Assembly (NCBI GenBank): GCA_949299195.1
Contig: CASFZN010000017.1
Location: 3,714 to 67,713 of the forward strand
Length of the DNA stretch: 64,000 bases
From: an uncultured bacterium
Lineage (GTDB): Bacteria > Bacillota_I > Bacilli_A > RFN20 > CAG-826
Direction of reading: 5' to 3'
Shown: positions 8,988-19,455 of the stretch, one piece after another
Numbering within the stretch: position 1 is the first letter of the stretch
How the letters are laid out: each line of letters starts with the position of its first letter
Program-made: the position numbers and the translations under genes
The notes under the pieces: generated by a model
The model's database searches: none
The model's input: the letters and a program-made list of their open reading frames with translations, nothing else
Told to the model about the DNA's origin: nothing

Positions 8988-10451
8988 CTAATTATATTTA
9001 TTTTCTAAATCAGTAAGTTCTTGATCTAATTCATCGATTCTTGTTCTTGCTTCTTCAATTGCTGCATTTGCTTCTTCTAAAGCAAAATCGATATCTTCTT
9101 TATATTCTTCAAATTTTGCCTTATTTTCATCAATTTGAACATTTAAATCATCAAGTTGTTCTTTCATAGCATCAATACTTGCTTTTCCATCTTGATATAA
9201 TCCTTCCATTGAAGCATTGATTTGAGAAACGTTTTCTTCATATAAATGATTGAATTCAGCAATAATTTTCTCATATTCATCAAGTAAATTAATACTTGAA
9301 GCACTTGAATAACCTAAATCTAAATTGAATAAACCACTTATTATCGAATTATTTGAGAAATAAACTAAATATTTATCAACACTATCTCCGGCATTTTCTA
9401 AAGCATCAAAGGTGGATTCAAGTCTTGAACAATATGCATCATATTCTTCAATTTCATCTTTTGCGGCTTCGAAGCTAGTAATGAATGTATTATATTGGTT
9501 TTTAATATTATCAATTTCATCCATATATTGTTCTTCCAAATTAACCGCTTCTTCTTGAGCGGTGTTAATAGCTTCTAAAACATCGTCAATTTCACTAACA
9601 ACATCACGAAGATGAGACTTTTCAGTTGAAGTAACTTTAGGATTATTAATTAAAGCGTTACATCTTGATTTATAATCATTTAAAGTAACTTCCATTTCGC
9701 TTGATTCAGTTTTTAATGCATCGACTTCCTTTAAAGTTTCATCGATATAATTCATCATTTCATCAAGTTCACCTTTAGTAGCTTCAGTTTCAGAAATCAT
9801 ATTATCAGCTTCTAAAAGTAAAAGTTTAATATCATCATATGAATCATCTAAATTCTCTTTATTTCCCATATAATGAAGGGCAGAAGATACTTCATGTCCT
9901 CTTTCACCCATTTGATAATAAGGACTAATAGCTAAAGTTAAGAATAATAACATATGAATAGAGGTAACAATTCCTCCTAAAAGTCTTTTAAGCCATTTCT
10001 TATTTTCAAAAATATCACGGCCTTTAAAGGCACATTTTTTAATAATTGCATAAATTGCCCAAGCAATTCCATATGCCAAAAGGAAACTTATTAGTGCTGA
10101 AGCAATAAAACAAACATAACTTAAAGCGCCAGAAACTACAGCATTATAATAAGCATCATCTAAATAAATTCCACTAAATAAATACGCGTCATACCCTAAA
10201 GCATTTCCAACGCCACTTAATTCAGTGTTTACAGTTTCTAAATAACTTACTATTTCAGGTCCTAATGATTCTAACGATACATTAAATGCAGTTAAAATGC
10301 CTGGCGTAACGGCTGCTAAAAGGAAATATATGCCATAAGTGAACCCAACATATAATAAAAGATGGATTCCACACATTATTGGATTTCTTAAAAATACACC
10401 AATAACTACCCCAATTATTAATAAGGAAAAGAAAACAATGTCAACGATCAT
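8988..10451 (-). CDS. Hypothetical membrane protein with CvpA-like N-terminal TM region and long acidic coiled-coil
   Basis: Start moved from 10556 to ATG 10451 (AGGAG SD, TATAAT upstream); about 4 TM segments, 'KRLLGG', then about 300 aa E/D-rich heptads. Confidence 0.7.
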   Translation of the reverse strand: MIVDIVFFSLLIIGVVIGVFLRNPIMCGIHLLLYVGFTYGIYFLLAAVTPGILTAFNVSLESLGPEIVSYLETVNTELSGVGNALGYDAYLFSGIYLDDAYYNAVVSGALSYVCFIASALISFLLAYGIAWAIYAIIKKCAFKGRDIFENKKWLKRLLGGIVTSIHMLLFLTLAISPYYQMGERGHEVSSALHYMGNKENLDDSYDDIKLLLLEADNMISETEATKGELDEMMNYIDETLKEVDALKTESSEMEVTLNDYKSRCNALINNPKVTSTEKSHLRDVVSEIDDVLEAINTAQEEAVNLEEQYMDEIDNIKNQYNTFITSFEAAKDEIEEYDAYCSRLESTFDALENAGDSVDKYLVYFSNNSIISGLFNLDLGYSSASSINLLDEYEKIIAEFNHLYEENVSQINASMEGLYQDGKASIDAMKEQLDDLNVQIDENKAKFEEYKEDIDFALEEANAAIEEARTRIDELDQELTDLENKYN

Positions 10452-10679
10452 AATTTTTACACTCCTTTTACTATTATATACTTTGGAAGAAATCTTTTTT
10501 ATTTCGAATTTAAAGAATTTTTCCAAAATATAGGAAAATGGGTCAATATTTGACACTTTTTACTATAAAATTATAACGAAATTGTTAATTTTTAGGTTAT
10601 ATACAAATTGGGTTAACATTTTATTTATTCAATAATTTGATAATAATATTAAAATTTATATAGTTTGAGGTAGATATAT

Positions 10680-11297
10680 ATGAAAGTTTTATTAATTAAC
10701 GGAAGTCCAAATAAAGAAGGCTCAACAAATGAAGCCTTAAAAATTATTGCTTCTTCTTTAAATGAAGAAGGAATTGATTGCGAAATTGTATGGCTAGGAA
10801 ATTCATCAATTAATGACTGCATCGCCTGTAGAAAATGTAGTAAGCTTAATAAATGCGTTTTTGATGATGTTGTAAACGAAGTTGCAGTTAAATGTTATGA
10901 AGCTGATGGATTCATTTTCGGTTCGCCAGTTTATTTTGCTCATCCTAGTGGAAGAATTCTTTCCTTTTTAGATCGAATTTTTTATTCTCATCGTAAAGCT
11001 TTTTCTTATAAACCTGCTGCATCAATTACAGTTGCTAGAAGAGCTGGAACAACTTCTACTTTCGATGTTTTAAATAAATATGCATCAATTTCTTCTATGC
11101 CAATTATTTCTTCTTCCTACTGGAATATGGCTTTTGGAGCTAAAAAAGAAGATATTCATCAAGATTTAGAAGGAATTGACACCCTTATTAATATTGGTAA
11201 AAATATGGCATGGATTTTAAAATGTATCGAACTAGGAAAAGAAAATGGAATTGATCATCCTATAAATAAAGCTAGAAAGACGAACTTTATTAGATAA
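10680..11297 (+). CDS. Iron-sulfur flavoprotein / NADPH-dependent FMN reductase family
   Basis: INGSP, CIACRKCSKLNKC (CX2CX2CX5C), GSPVYF, RRAG. Confidence 0.88.
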   Translation: MKVLLINGSPNKEGSTNEALKIIASSLNEEGIDCEIVWLGNSSINDCIACRKCSKLNKCVFDDVVNEVAVKCYEADGFIFGSPVYFAHPSGRILSFLDRIFYSHRKAFSYKPAASITVARRAGTTSTFDVLNKYASISSMPIISSSYWNMAFGAKKEDIHQDLEGIDTLINIGKNMAWILKCIELGKENGIDHPINKARKTNFIR

Positions 11298-11358
11298 TTT
11301 TAAGAGTCGAACATATTTTTGTGGCGTAATTTAGCGGAAAATATAAAATATGGTCATA

Positions 11359-11388
11359 TAAAAACGCGATGGTTATCGCGTTTTTATA
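11359..11388. terminator. Bidirectional intrinsic terminator between flavoprotein gene and tRNAs
   Basis: TAAAAACGCGAT-ggtt-ATCGCGTTTTTA. Confidence 0.7.
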
Positions 11389-11474
11389 GTTCGAGCGAAC
11401 AAAGATCTTTTTATTACTGCCTCATTTAGATAATAAAAAAGTTCAACGTAATAGTCGAACTAAGTCTTTATAGA

Positions 11475-11550
<76 letters not shown>

Positions 11551-11566
11551 ATTTGTTTTAAATAAA

Positions 11567-11642
11567 TGGCGGACCAGACGAGAATCGAACTCGCGATCTC
11601 CACTGTGACAGAGTGGCATGTTAACCGCTACACCACTGGTCC
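11567..11642 (-). tRNA. tRNA-Asp (GTC)
   Basis: Reverse complement GGACCAGTGGTGTAG...CCACT-CT-GTC-AC-AGTGG...TTCGA...GGTCCGCCA, 76 nt. Confidence 0.96.
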
Positions 11643-11714
11643 GTTTCGAATATATTTAAACACACTTTCGCGTGCTTAAATATAATATCACAAGAGCTCG
11701 GGTAAAAACAAGCA

Positions 11715-12968
11715 CTATTTGAACACAACTAAATAATAATTTTTCTTACCGCGTCTAATAACTAAATATTTATTATATAAAGATAAATCTTTAGTAATTA
11801 TTTCTAAGTTGTCAGTATGTTTTTCGCCGTTAATTAATAAAGCGCCGTTTTTAATAAATTCTCTTGCTTCTCTTTTTGAAGATGCAGCTTTAATATGAAT
11901 TAATAAATCTTCTAAACTCATTTCAGTTTCAACTTCAACCTTTAAAGAACCAAATAATTCGTTAATTCCTTCTTCACTTAAAGAGGAAATTTCATTAGAG
12001 AATAAAACTTCACTCATCTTTTTAGCTTCAATAGCTTTTTCTTCTCTATGAACAGTTTTAGTAACTTCATATGCTAAAACTTTTTGAGCAATTCTTTGGC
12101 CTAAGTTTGCTAAATGCTCTCTTTCAATATTTTCAATTTCTTCTTTTGAAAGGAAGGTGAAAACTTTTAAATATCTAACAGCATCTTCATCGCTTTGATT
12201 GATAAAGAATTGATAGAGTTTATAAGGGGAAGTGAGATTTGGATCTAAAAATAATGCACCATCTTCACTTTTACCAAACTTTTTACCATCGCTTCTGGTA
12301 ATTAAGTGAGCAGTCATACATTCGGCTTCAGCTTCAGTTCCTTCAAGTTTTCTAATTAGTTCTAATCCGGCAGTTAAATTACCCCATTGGTCACTTCCGC
12401 CGATTTGAATATGACAATTCTCATCCTTATATAATTTATAGAAGTCAATTGATTGAAGGGTCATATATGAAAATTCTGTTAAAGAAATTCCGCTTTCTAA
12501 ACGAGAAGCAACAATGTCCTTATTAATCATGTAGTTGATATTAAAATATTTAGCATAAAGTCTTAAATATTCTAATAAAGATAATTTAGATAACCAGTCA
12601 TAGTTATTTAACATAATTCCTTTTTCTGGATCATCTAAATCTAAGAATCTAGATAATTGAGCCTTAATACATTCGGTGTTTTCTTTGATTTTTTCTTCGG
12701 TTAAGAAACTTCTTTCTTTAGATTTTCCACTAGGATCACCAATCATTCCGGTTGCACCTCCTGCAACTGCAATAATTCTATGACCTGCTTTTTGAAGTCT
12801 CATTAAAATAGAAATCATAACAAAGTTACCAATATGCATACTGGATGCACTTGGGTCAAAACCACAGTAAACTGTTTGTTTTTTATTAAACATTTCTTTG
12901 ATATGTTCTTCGTTAGAGTAGTCTTTAATTAAGCCTCTCCAATTTAATTCATCAATAATATTTTCCAT
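11715..12968 (-). CDS. tyrS: Tyrosine--tRNA ligase
   Basis: YCGFDPS, HIGN, QIGGSDQWGN, KFGKS, C-terminal S4-like RRGKK. Confidence 0.97.
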   Translation of the reverse strand: MENIIDELNWRGLIKDYSNEEHIKEMFNKKQTVYCGFDPSASSMHIGNFVMISILMRLQKAGHRIIAVAGGATGMIGDPSGKSKERSFLTEEKIKENTECIKAQLSRFLDLDDPEKGIMLNNYDWLSKLSLLEYLRLYAKYFNINYMINKDIVASRLESGISLTEFSYMTLQSIDFYKLYKDENCHIQIGGSDQWGNLTAGLELIRKLEGTEAEAECMTAHLITRSDGKKFGKSEDGALFLDPNLTSPYKLYQFFINQSDEDAVRYLKVFTFLSKEEIENIEREHLANLGQRIAQKVLAYEVTKTVHREEKAIEAKKMSEVLFSNEISSLSEEGINELFGSLKVEVETEMSLEDLLIHIKAASSKREAREFIKNGALLINGEKHTDNLEIITKDLSLYNKYLVIRRGKKNYYLVVFK

Positions 12969-13026
12969 AAATTAATATTTCTTCTTTCAATATCTATAAA
13001 AATTTAAATACCACTATTTTATTTAA

Positions 13027-13737
13027 CTAATCGCGATATTTAATGTAGGTTTGTCTACCATTTTTTTCAATTTGAACAATAGCGATAATATCAATTTTAT
13101 TAATTACTTCGCTTGTTCCATCTTCATAAGTGACTTCAATTTCATCTTCACTTACTTTTTTAGTGAATTTGCCTAAGTTTTTCTTACTATTTTTTAAACT
13201 TAATAAGTCACCTTCATGAATTCCATAGTTAACAATACTTGTAACAGGGATTCCTAACTTTTTATAGCCTTCTAAACTTCTTAGTTCAATTAAGAATAAT
13301 CCCATAATTGGAATACCACCTGCTTCTTTAACTAAATCAACCATTGCTTTAGCACTTCCGCCTGTAGCAAGTAAATCATCTAAAATGATGACTCTATCTC
13401 CTGGATTAATAGCGCCAACTGGAATTTCAATTGAGCTATGTCCATATTCAAGGTTATAAGTAACTTTATGGCCAACTAAAGGTAATTTTCCTGATTTTCT
13501 TGCTAATACTAAACCCTTATTATTCATTGAACATAAAGGTGCAGCAAAGATGAATCCTCTACTTTCGGCAGCAATAATCTTATCCCAGTTATCATAGCTA
13601 GGAAGTTCCTTATTTAAGTCCATAATAACTTGATGGAATACATCGCCATTTGCAAGTAATGGAGTGATGTCTCTAAATTTAATTCCTTCGATAGGAAAAT
13701 CGTTAATAGTACGAATATATTCTACATAAATATCCAT
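13027..13737 (-). CDS. apt: Adenine phosphoribosyltransferase with C-terminal extension
   Basis: DFPIEGIKFRDITPLL, ESRGF, RKSGKLP, LEYG, DDLLATGGS; start probably ATG 13737. Confidence 0.92.
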   Translation of the reverse strand: MDIYVEYIRTINDFPIEGIKFRDITPLLANGDVFHQVIMDLNKELPSYDNWDKIIAAESRGFIFAAPLCSMNNKGLVLARKSGKLPLVGHKVTYNLEYGHSSIEIPVGAINPGDRVIILDDLLATGGSAKAMVDLVKEAGGIPIMGLFLIELRSLEGYKKLGIPVTSIVNYGIHEGDLLSLKNSKKNLGKFTKKVSEDEIEVTYEDGTSEVINKIDIIAIVQIEKNGRQTYIKYRD

Positions 13738-13805
13738 AATAACCCCTTTAATTAACATTTTTAAAAGATTATTTAATAAAATAACCTAAAGTATTATATA
13801 AAATT

Positions 13806-14807
13806 TTAAAATCTAGTAGAATCTTTTTTCACATATATTGCTTCAATTCGATATTCTTTTTCAAATAACGTATTGTTAATTAGATCACTAAGCATATACA
13901 TTGCGCGTCTTCCAACCTCTTGCATATCGATATAGAAGTTAGAAATAGTAGGTCTAATAATTGAAGAATATTTGGTACCAATAAGTGATAAAACTTCGAT
14001 ATCTTCTGGAATACTTAATCCTGCATCATGAGCTGCGTTTAATACTGCTGCGGCAATAGAATCTCGATATGCAATGACATATTCCTTTCTTTTTTTCTTA
14101 AATCTTTCTTTAAAATCTAGATAAGTTCTTTGATAACTATCATCGCAATTTATAATGTCATATTCACGGTCATTTTCTAAATGAGTTTGGATAAATGCGT
14201 TTTCAATTCTTGATAATAATCGACCTGCGTTATGAACATGAAGGAAGGTCATTTTCTTATTACCTTTAACAAAAAAATCTTTTAACGCTCTTTTAAAAAT
14301 ATGTTCATAGCCAAAGTTAATACATGCAATTTTACTAGCTACGATTCTATTATTTACAGCAACTACTGGAACTGCGTAAGAGTTAAACATCTCAATATCT
14401 TCTTCATTTAATTCATCATCGAAGACGATTACTCCATCAGCATGAGATTTAATTGCTTTTTCGATTGAATTTATCGCATCTAATCTACTATGAGATGTGG
14501 TATATAAAGTAACTGTAAAATTATTTTCCTTACAGACTTCACAAATACCAGTTAGCATATTTGAAATATAAACATAATTGGCACTAGGAATAATAACTCC
14601 GATATTAGTTGATTTATTCGTTGCTAAAGCTTGGGCTAATCCACTTGGTTTATAGCCTAATTTCTTAATGACCGATAATACTTTATTGCGAGTTTCTTCT
14701 TTAACTGAATCGGTATCATTAATGACTCTTGAAACTGTTGCTAAAGAGACTCCTGCTGCTTTGGCAACCTCATATATAGTAACTCTGTCTTTAAAATCGC
14801 CACCCAT
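13806..14807 (-). CDS. ccpA: LacI-family regulator, probable catabolite control protein A
   Basis: VTIYEVAKAAGVSLATVSRVIN HTH, very CcpA-like; Bacilli-type synteny near ytpR/trmB/tyrS. Confidence 0.7.
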   Translation of the reverse strand: MGGDFKDRVTIYEVAKAAGVSLATVSRVINDTDSVKEETRNKVLSVIKKLGYKPSGLAQALATNKSTNIGVIIPSANYVYISNMLTGICEVCKENNFTVTLYTTSHSRLDAINSIEKAIKSHADGVIVFDDELNEEDIEMFNSYAVPVVAVNNRIVASKIACINFGYEHIFKRALKDFFVKGNKKMTFLHVHNAGRLLSRIENAFIQTHLENDREYDIINCDDSYQRTYLDFKERFKKKRKEYVIAYRDSIAAAVLNAAHDAGLSIPEDIEVLSLIGTKYSSIIRPTISNFYIDMQEVGRRAMYMLSDLINNTLFEKEYRIEAIYVKKDSTRF

Positions 14808-14872
14808 ACATCACTATTATATTAAAGTTATGAAAATTTTTCATTATTTTTTTACATTAAAATTAATATAAA

Positions 14873-14898
14873 AAAATGCGATAACTATCGCATTTTAT
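14873..14898 (-). terminator. Intrinsic terminator downstream of ytpR
   Basis: AAAATGCGAT-aact-ATCGCATTTT. Confidence 0.65.
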
Positions 14899-14949
14899 TT
14901 ACTTAATTATTAGTTAATAGAAAATTATAGTGAAAATTTTTCATTAATT

Positions 14950-15567
14950 TTATAAGCACTTAAAGAAATCATCACCTACTTTATATAAACTTTCATCAAG
15001 TTCAAGTAAGCCATAGATATTTTCATATCCTTTAAGTCCGAGTTCCCTTCCGCTACAAAGCATTCCATAGCTATCTACTTTTAATAATTTAGAAGGAACA
15101 ATTTGAGTTCCATCCCCCATAAAGGTAAAAGGAAGTGCGCATACACATAATAAATCTTTTTTGGCGTTAAAAGCACCACAAACAATAGTTAAAGGTTCTT
15201 TATCACTTCCTACATCAACCTTACAAATATGGAGGTGTTCACTATCTGGATGTTCCTCGATATCGATGATTCTAGCAACTCTATAGCCACTTTCTTCTTT
15301 ATAAGGAAGAGTGATAAAGTTAGCGTTTTTTAAAGCAAAATTAATAACATCAATAACTTCTTTATTTACTTCTTTAATTAATCCTTCAGCCTTTATTTTT
15401 ACAATATTTGAAACATTAAAAATGTTATATCCTACTAAAGTATCATCTTTAAAAAGTGCGACAATATCACCATTTTTTAATACTTTATTAGGTAATAAAG
15501 AAGGTTCAATCTCGATGATAAGAGTATCTTTTAAACTCTTATAGTTATAATATAATCCGTAATTCAT
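14950..15567 (-). CDS. ytpR: YtpR-family tRNA-binding protein (DUF4479 + OB fold)
   Basis: VGYNIF, HPDSEHLHICKVD, IVCGAFN, SYGMLCSGRELGL. Confidence 0.88.
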   Translation of the reverse strand: MNYGLYYNYKSLKDTLIIEIEPSLLPNKVLKNGDIVALFKDDTLVGYNIFNVSNIVKIKAEGLIKEVNKEVIDVINFALKNANFITLPYKEESGYRVARIIDIEEHPDSEHLHICKVDVGSDKEPLTIVCGAFNAKKDLLCVCALPFTFMGDGTQIVPSKLLKVDSYGMLCSGRELGLKGYENIYGLLELDESLYKVGDDFFKCL

Positions 15568-15574
15568 AATGTCT

Positions 15575-16666
15575 TTAGTTATATTTATCTTCCTTTAATT
15601 CAATATATTTTTCGTAATTTATATTTTCAAGCATATATTTTAATGAATTTTTAGCATAAATAAAGTCTAAAGTATCAATTACTGTTGAAGGAGTGTGAAT
15701 ACTTCTTCCAACGATACAATGAGGAATAGTTAAAATGTTTTTAGGAGCTAAACTTGCGGCATTTGTTGTTCCTAATGTTGTGAAATATTGATATTTACCG
15801 TTAGTTTTTATAACTGCTTCTTTTTGATATTCAATAAAAGCATGAGGAGCAATATAACCCCTATCAATAATTCTTAATAAGACTCCTTCTCCTAATTTAC
15901 CTAAGCCTTGATTGAATTCATCTTCAGCTCTAGAGCAATCAAGAGCAAAAGCAATGTCAGGATTAACTCGAGTCAAAACTCCTTGAATCCCTCTTAATCC
16001 TAATTCTTCTTGAACAGAAAAAGATGCATATAAATCATAAGGAAGTTCTTTATCTTTAAGTTCGTTTAAAATATCTAAAATCAAAATAACTCCATATCGA
16101 TCATCGATAGCTTTTGAAAGAATTCTTTTTCCTTCATTTAAAAATTGAATTTCGCCTTTAATAGCGACCATATTTCCTTCAGATACACCATTATTAATAG
16201 CTTCATTTTTAGAAGAAAATCCAAAATCAGCTTTTAAATTATTTTCATTCACTTCGCCTTTAATATTAGAAACGAATGTTCCTTCAAAATATTTTTTATC
16301 AAATGTTTTAAGTAAGATTCTAGTTCCTAAAAAGTTTGAATAATCCATTCCTCCAAGAGGATAAATGGAAATTAAGCCGTTTTCTTCGATCTTTTTAACC
16401 ATAAAACCTACTTCATCCATATGAGCATCAAGTAAGATTTTAAATTTATTAGGGTTATTTTTACTTTCTTTTAAAGCAATAACGTTACCCATATTATCTT
16501 TAAATATTTGAAGATTTAATTTTTCTAATTCTTTAATAACATAGTTTGCGACTTCTTTTTCTTCGCCACTTACTGCGTTTAGTTGAGTAATTTCTTTAAA
16601 ATATTTAATTTCTAATTCATTTAATAACTTAGTTTCCATATCTTTTTTATTCCTCACTATTTTCAT
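15575..16666 (-). CDS. M42 family aminopeptidase
   Basis: DAHMDEVG, KAIDDRYG, QEELGLRG, IH motif. Confidence 0.88.
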   Translation of the reverse strand: MKIVRNKKDMETKLLNELEIKYFKEITQLNAVSGEEKEVANYVIKELEKLNLQIFKDNMGNVIALKESKNNPNKFKILLDAHMDEVGFMVKKIEENGLISIYPLGGMDYSNFLGTRILLKTFDKKYFEGTFVSNIKGEVNENNLKADFGFSSKNEAINNGVSEGNMVAIKGEIQFLNEGKRILSKAIDDRYGVILILDILNELKDKELPYDLYASFSVQEELGLRGIQGVLTRVNPDIAFALDCSRAEDEFNQGLGKLGEGVLLRIIDRGYIAPHAFIEYQKEAVIKTNGKYQYFTTLGTTNAASLAPKNILTIPHCIVGRSIHTPSTVIDTLDFIYAKNSLKYMLENINYEKYIELKEDKYN

Positions 16667-17300
16667 TTAAATTTCTTACTTTTTTAGCGATTATTCGATT
16701 GATTTTGATGCCACTATCTATATATCTTCTTTCAAATTCTGTTTCTGCATCAAAATCATTTTCTTTAACAAAGTAATTATTATCATCTATTAATAATTCA
16801 AAACCAAATTCAATGAATTTGGATTTTGAATATAAATAGAAATCATAATTATCACTTTTATAGTAGATATTATGACTCATTTTTAAGATATAAAGATAAA
16901 CTTTAATAAAATCATCATAGGTTAATCTTCTTTTTTCATGACGTTTCTTTCCCCAAGGGTCGGAAAAGTTTAAAAATATTCCTTCAATAGATTCTTTTTC
17001 GATTATTTCTTTAATTTTAAAGAAATCATCAGCAATCATTTTGACGTTAGTAATTTCTAAATCATCAATTTTTTTAAGGGCAATTCCTGCAACTGTATGA
17101 TTAATTTCGACAATTAAAAAATTAAATTCAGGATGTTTTCTTGCCATTTCAATGATAAATTGGCCTTTTCCTGGGCCTATTTCTATATAGGTAGGTTTTT
17201 CGTTAATAAAAGAAACTATTTTTTCTTTATCTTCAAGAGTAAAAATATTTTTAGATTCTTTTAAATAATCTACTGCCCATTGTTTATATTTAGTTCTCAT
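16647..17300 (-). CDS. trmB: tRNA (guanine-N7)-methyltransferase
   Basis: EIGPGKGQF, LNFSDPW.KKRHEKRRLT, TEFE. Confidence 0.95.
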   Translation of the reverse strand: MRTKYKQWAVDYLKESKNIFTLEDKEKIVSFINEKPTYIEIGPGKGQFIIEMARKHPEFNFLIVEINHTVAGIALKKIDDLEITNVKMIADDFFKIKEIIEKESIEGIFLNFSDPWGKKRHEKRRLTYDDFIKVYLYILKMSHNIYYKSDNYDFYLYSKSKFIEFGFELLIDDNNYFVKENDFDAETEFERRYIDSGIKINRIIAKKVRNLNENSEE

Positions 17301-18651
17301 CTAAATTACCTAATGCATAAATTGCGTGAGCATATAAAGACATTGAAGTATAGAAATCTTCAAGATCTATTTTTTCGTTTTCATCATGAATATGATCTTC
17401 TTTTCCAGGGAAATGAGAACCAAAAGCTATAGTATTTTTAGCTTCTTTTGCATAGGTTCCGCCGCCTATTGTCATCATTTTATTAACAGTATCGCCAGTT
17501 TCTTCAACATAAACTTTCGCTAATTCTTGAATGAATTTATTCTTTTCTGGATCAAAATATAAGACTTCGCTTGGTTCTGCAAAAGTAATTTTAAATGGTG
17601 AAGATTCTTGTAATTTTGTTTTAATTTTTTCAATTTCTGCGTTTTCAGGGTATCTAAAATTAACAGTCATTGAAAATTTATTGTTTTCATAAGAAATTAA
17701 ACCGACGTTATAAGTTGTTTCACCTAAATTTTCACTTTTATAGTAACAATGTAAGTTTTTTCCGTTTACATTTTCGTATTCATTGGCCAATAATTGTAAA
17801 TATGGCTCGTTATAGCAATCTCCTAAAGTAGAAAGAGCGATAATTCCGGCATTTATTCCTAAATGAGGTAATGAGCCATGAGCGGCTTTGCCTTTAAAAA
17901 TATAGGTATCTTCAGCAACTTTTTCAACTTCAATTCTTGATCTTCTTCTTAAATAATTATCTAAAAGTTGAGGATTTCTAACCTTTACTTCTGCTTTATC
18001 GATGACTGAATTTGAAACAACTCCTGCTTTAATATAAACAATATCTTTAAAAGAAATTTCACCTTCATAGATATAATTCATAATTCCTTTTTCGCCATAA
18101 ATAAGAGGGAAGTCGCCATCTGGAGTAAAACCGTATGTTGGGTCTTCTTTCTTTAAAACTTTGAAATAATATTCTAAACAAGATGAGCCTCTTTCTTCAT
18201 CGCCACCAAAAACAAGTCTAACTCTAAAATTCTTAATTAATCCAGCATCTTTTAAAGCTTTTAAAGCATAATATGAAGCAATTCCTGGACCCTTATCATC
18301 GCTCGTTCCTCTAGCATAGATTTTTCCTTCTTCAATAGTTGGAGTAAATGGATAATATTTCCAATTTCCTGAAACTGGGACTACATCTTGGTGAGCAAGA
18401 ATATAAATTAATTTCTCTCCTTCACCACATTCAATTTCTAAACATCTACCATCACAGGTATCAACCTTGAATCCGTCTTTTAAAGCAACTTCTTTTAATA
18501 AATCAAAACAAGCTTTAACTCCTTTTCCATAAGGAGCATTTTCAGAAATGGTTGAAGCATCATAAATACTATTAATTGAAAGATCTTTCATTAATAAATT
18601 TAAAGCTTCATCGTTATATTTTTCTACCAATTTTTTAAAATTAATATCCAT
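17290..18651 (-). CDS. M20 family dipeptidase (PepV/Sapep-like)
   Basis: HQDVVP, RGTSDDKGP, DEERG, GEKG, AHGS, GGGTYA. Confidence 0.9.
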   Translation of the reverse strand: MDINFKKLVEKYNDEALNLLMKDLSINSIYDASTISENAPYGKGVKACFDLLKEVALKDGFKVDTCDGRCLEIECGEGEKLIYILAHQDVVPVSGNWKYYPFTPTIEEGKIYARGTSDDKGPGIASYYALKALKDAGLIKNFRVRLVFGGDEERGSSCLEYYFKVLKKEDPTYGFTPDGDFPLIYGEKGIMNYIYEGEISFKDIVYIKAGVVSNSVIDKAEVKVRNPQLLDNYLRRRSRIEVEKVAEDTYIFKGKAAHGSLPHLGINAGIIALSTLGDCYNEPYLQLLANEYENVNGKNLHCYYKSENLGETTYNVGLISYENNKFSMTVNFRYPENAEIEKIKTKLQESSPFKITFAEPSEVLYFDPEKNKFIQELAKVYVEETGDTVNKMMTIGGGTYAKEAKNTIAFGSHFPGKEDHIHDENEKIDLEDFYTSMSLYAHAIYALGNLDEN

Positions 18652-18709
18652 ATCAAATTAATTCCCTTCAATTCTTAAAAATTATACATCTTTATCTTAT
18701 TTTTATAAA

Positions 18710-19426
18710 TTATTTAGCCCTATTATCTTTATTATATTTAATTCTCAATTTCATTAATAGCGCCATTAAATAGCAAAGTCCGATAATTGCAACTAATAAT
18801 ATAATCATCCAATAAAATACTCCGATTCCGTTTTCGCCAACATTAAACCAGCCTAATGTTTGATAATCTAAGAAAAAATATGGAGCAAACCCACCTTCTG
18901 CAGAGCCATTAAAGTCAACTCCTTGAGTACTGCAAATAAAGAAAAAGAATAAATAATATAAAGGCATAGAAATTCCAACAAGTGGATTAACCTTATTTAA
19001 TTTAATATTCTTGTCAAAATAGTAAAAGTCAAAAAGAGCTAAACAAGGAACCAATAAATGCACTGATATATTAGAATAAGATGTTAAATAGCCTGCTTCT
19101 GTAACCATTGGGGCTAACATTCCAAAGAAAACTAGCATAGTTATTGTAATTGCGACTGTAAATAAAAATTTAATTAAATAAAATGCGTTATGTGTTAAGT
19201 AATCTTTTTTAAATATTAAGAACAAAATGTCTTTAACAAGAAATAATAAAACTGCGATTAATATCGTAATATTTGACTGAATAGTAAAATATAGAAATAA
19301 AGTATAATTTCCAGCCATAAAACCACCATTATAAAAATTTACAATCAAGCCACTTATTCCAATCGCCAATATTAATACTTTAATAACGATTGAAATAATC
19401 TTATTAGTTAATGCATTTATTTCCAT
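18710..19426 (-). CDS. Pr6Pr-family integral membrane protein
   Basis: YFTIQSN, H..VP, PYFFLD; about 6 TM. Confidence 0.75.
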   Translation of the reverse strand: MEINALTNKIISIVIKVLILAIGISGLIVNFYNGGFMAGNYTLFLYFTIQSNITILIAVLLFLVKDILFLIFKKDYLTHNAFYLIKFLFTVAITITMLVFFGMLAPMVTEAGYLTSYSNISVHLLVPCLALFDFYYFDKNIKLNKVNPLVGISMPLYYLFFFFICSTQGVDFNGSAEGGFAPYFFLDYQTLGWFNVGENGIGVFYWMIILLVAIIGLCYLMALLMKLRIKYNKDNRAK

Positions 19427-19455
19427 AATTTGTCCCTCTTTTTTAGTAAATCCTT

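Noticed and set aside
11305..11465. Repeated (GT)CGAAC half-sites resembling Firmicutes LexA boxes
   Set aside because: No complete CGAAC-N4-GTTCG, and the region is between convergent 3' ends
12044..12050. TyrS 'VHREE' where 'VHGEE' is usual (AGA codon)
   Set aside because: Single GGA->AGA difference; AGA is the main Arg codon at conserved sites, so this is a point variant or sequence error, not recoding
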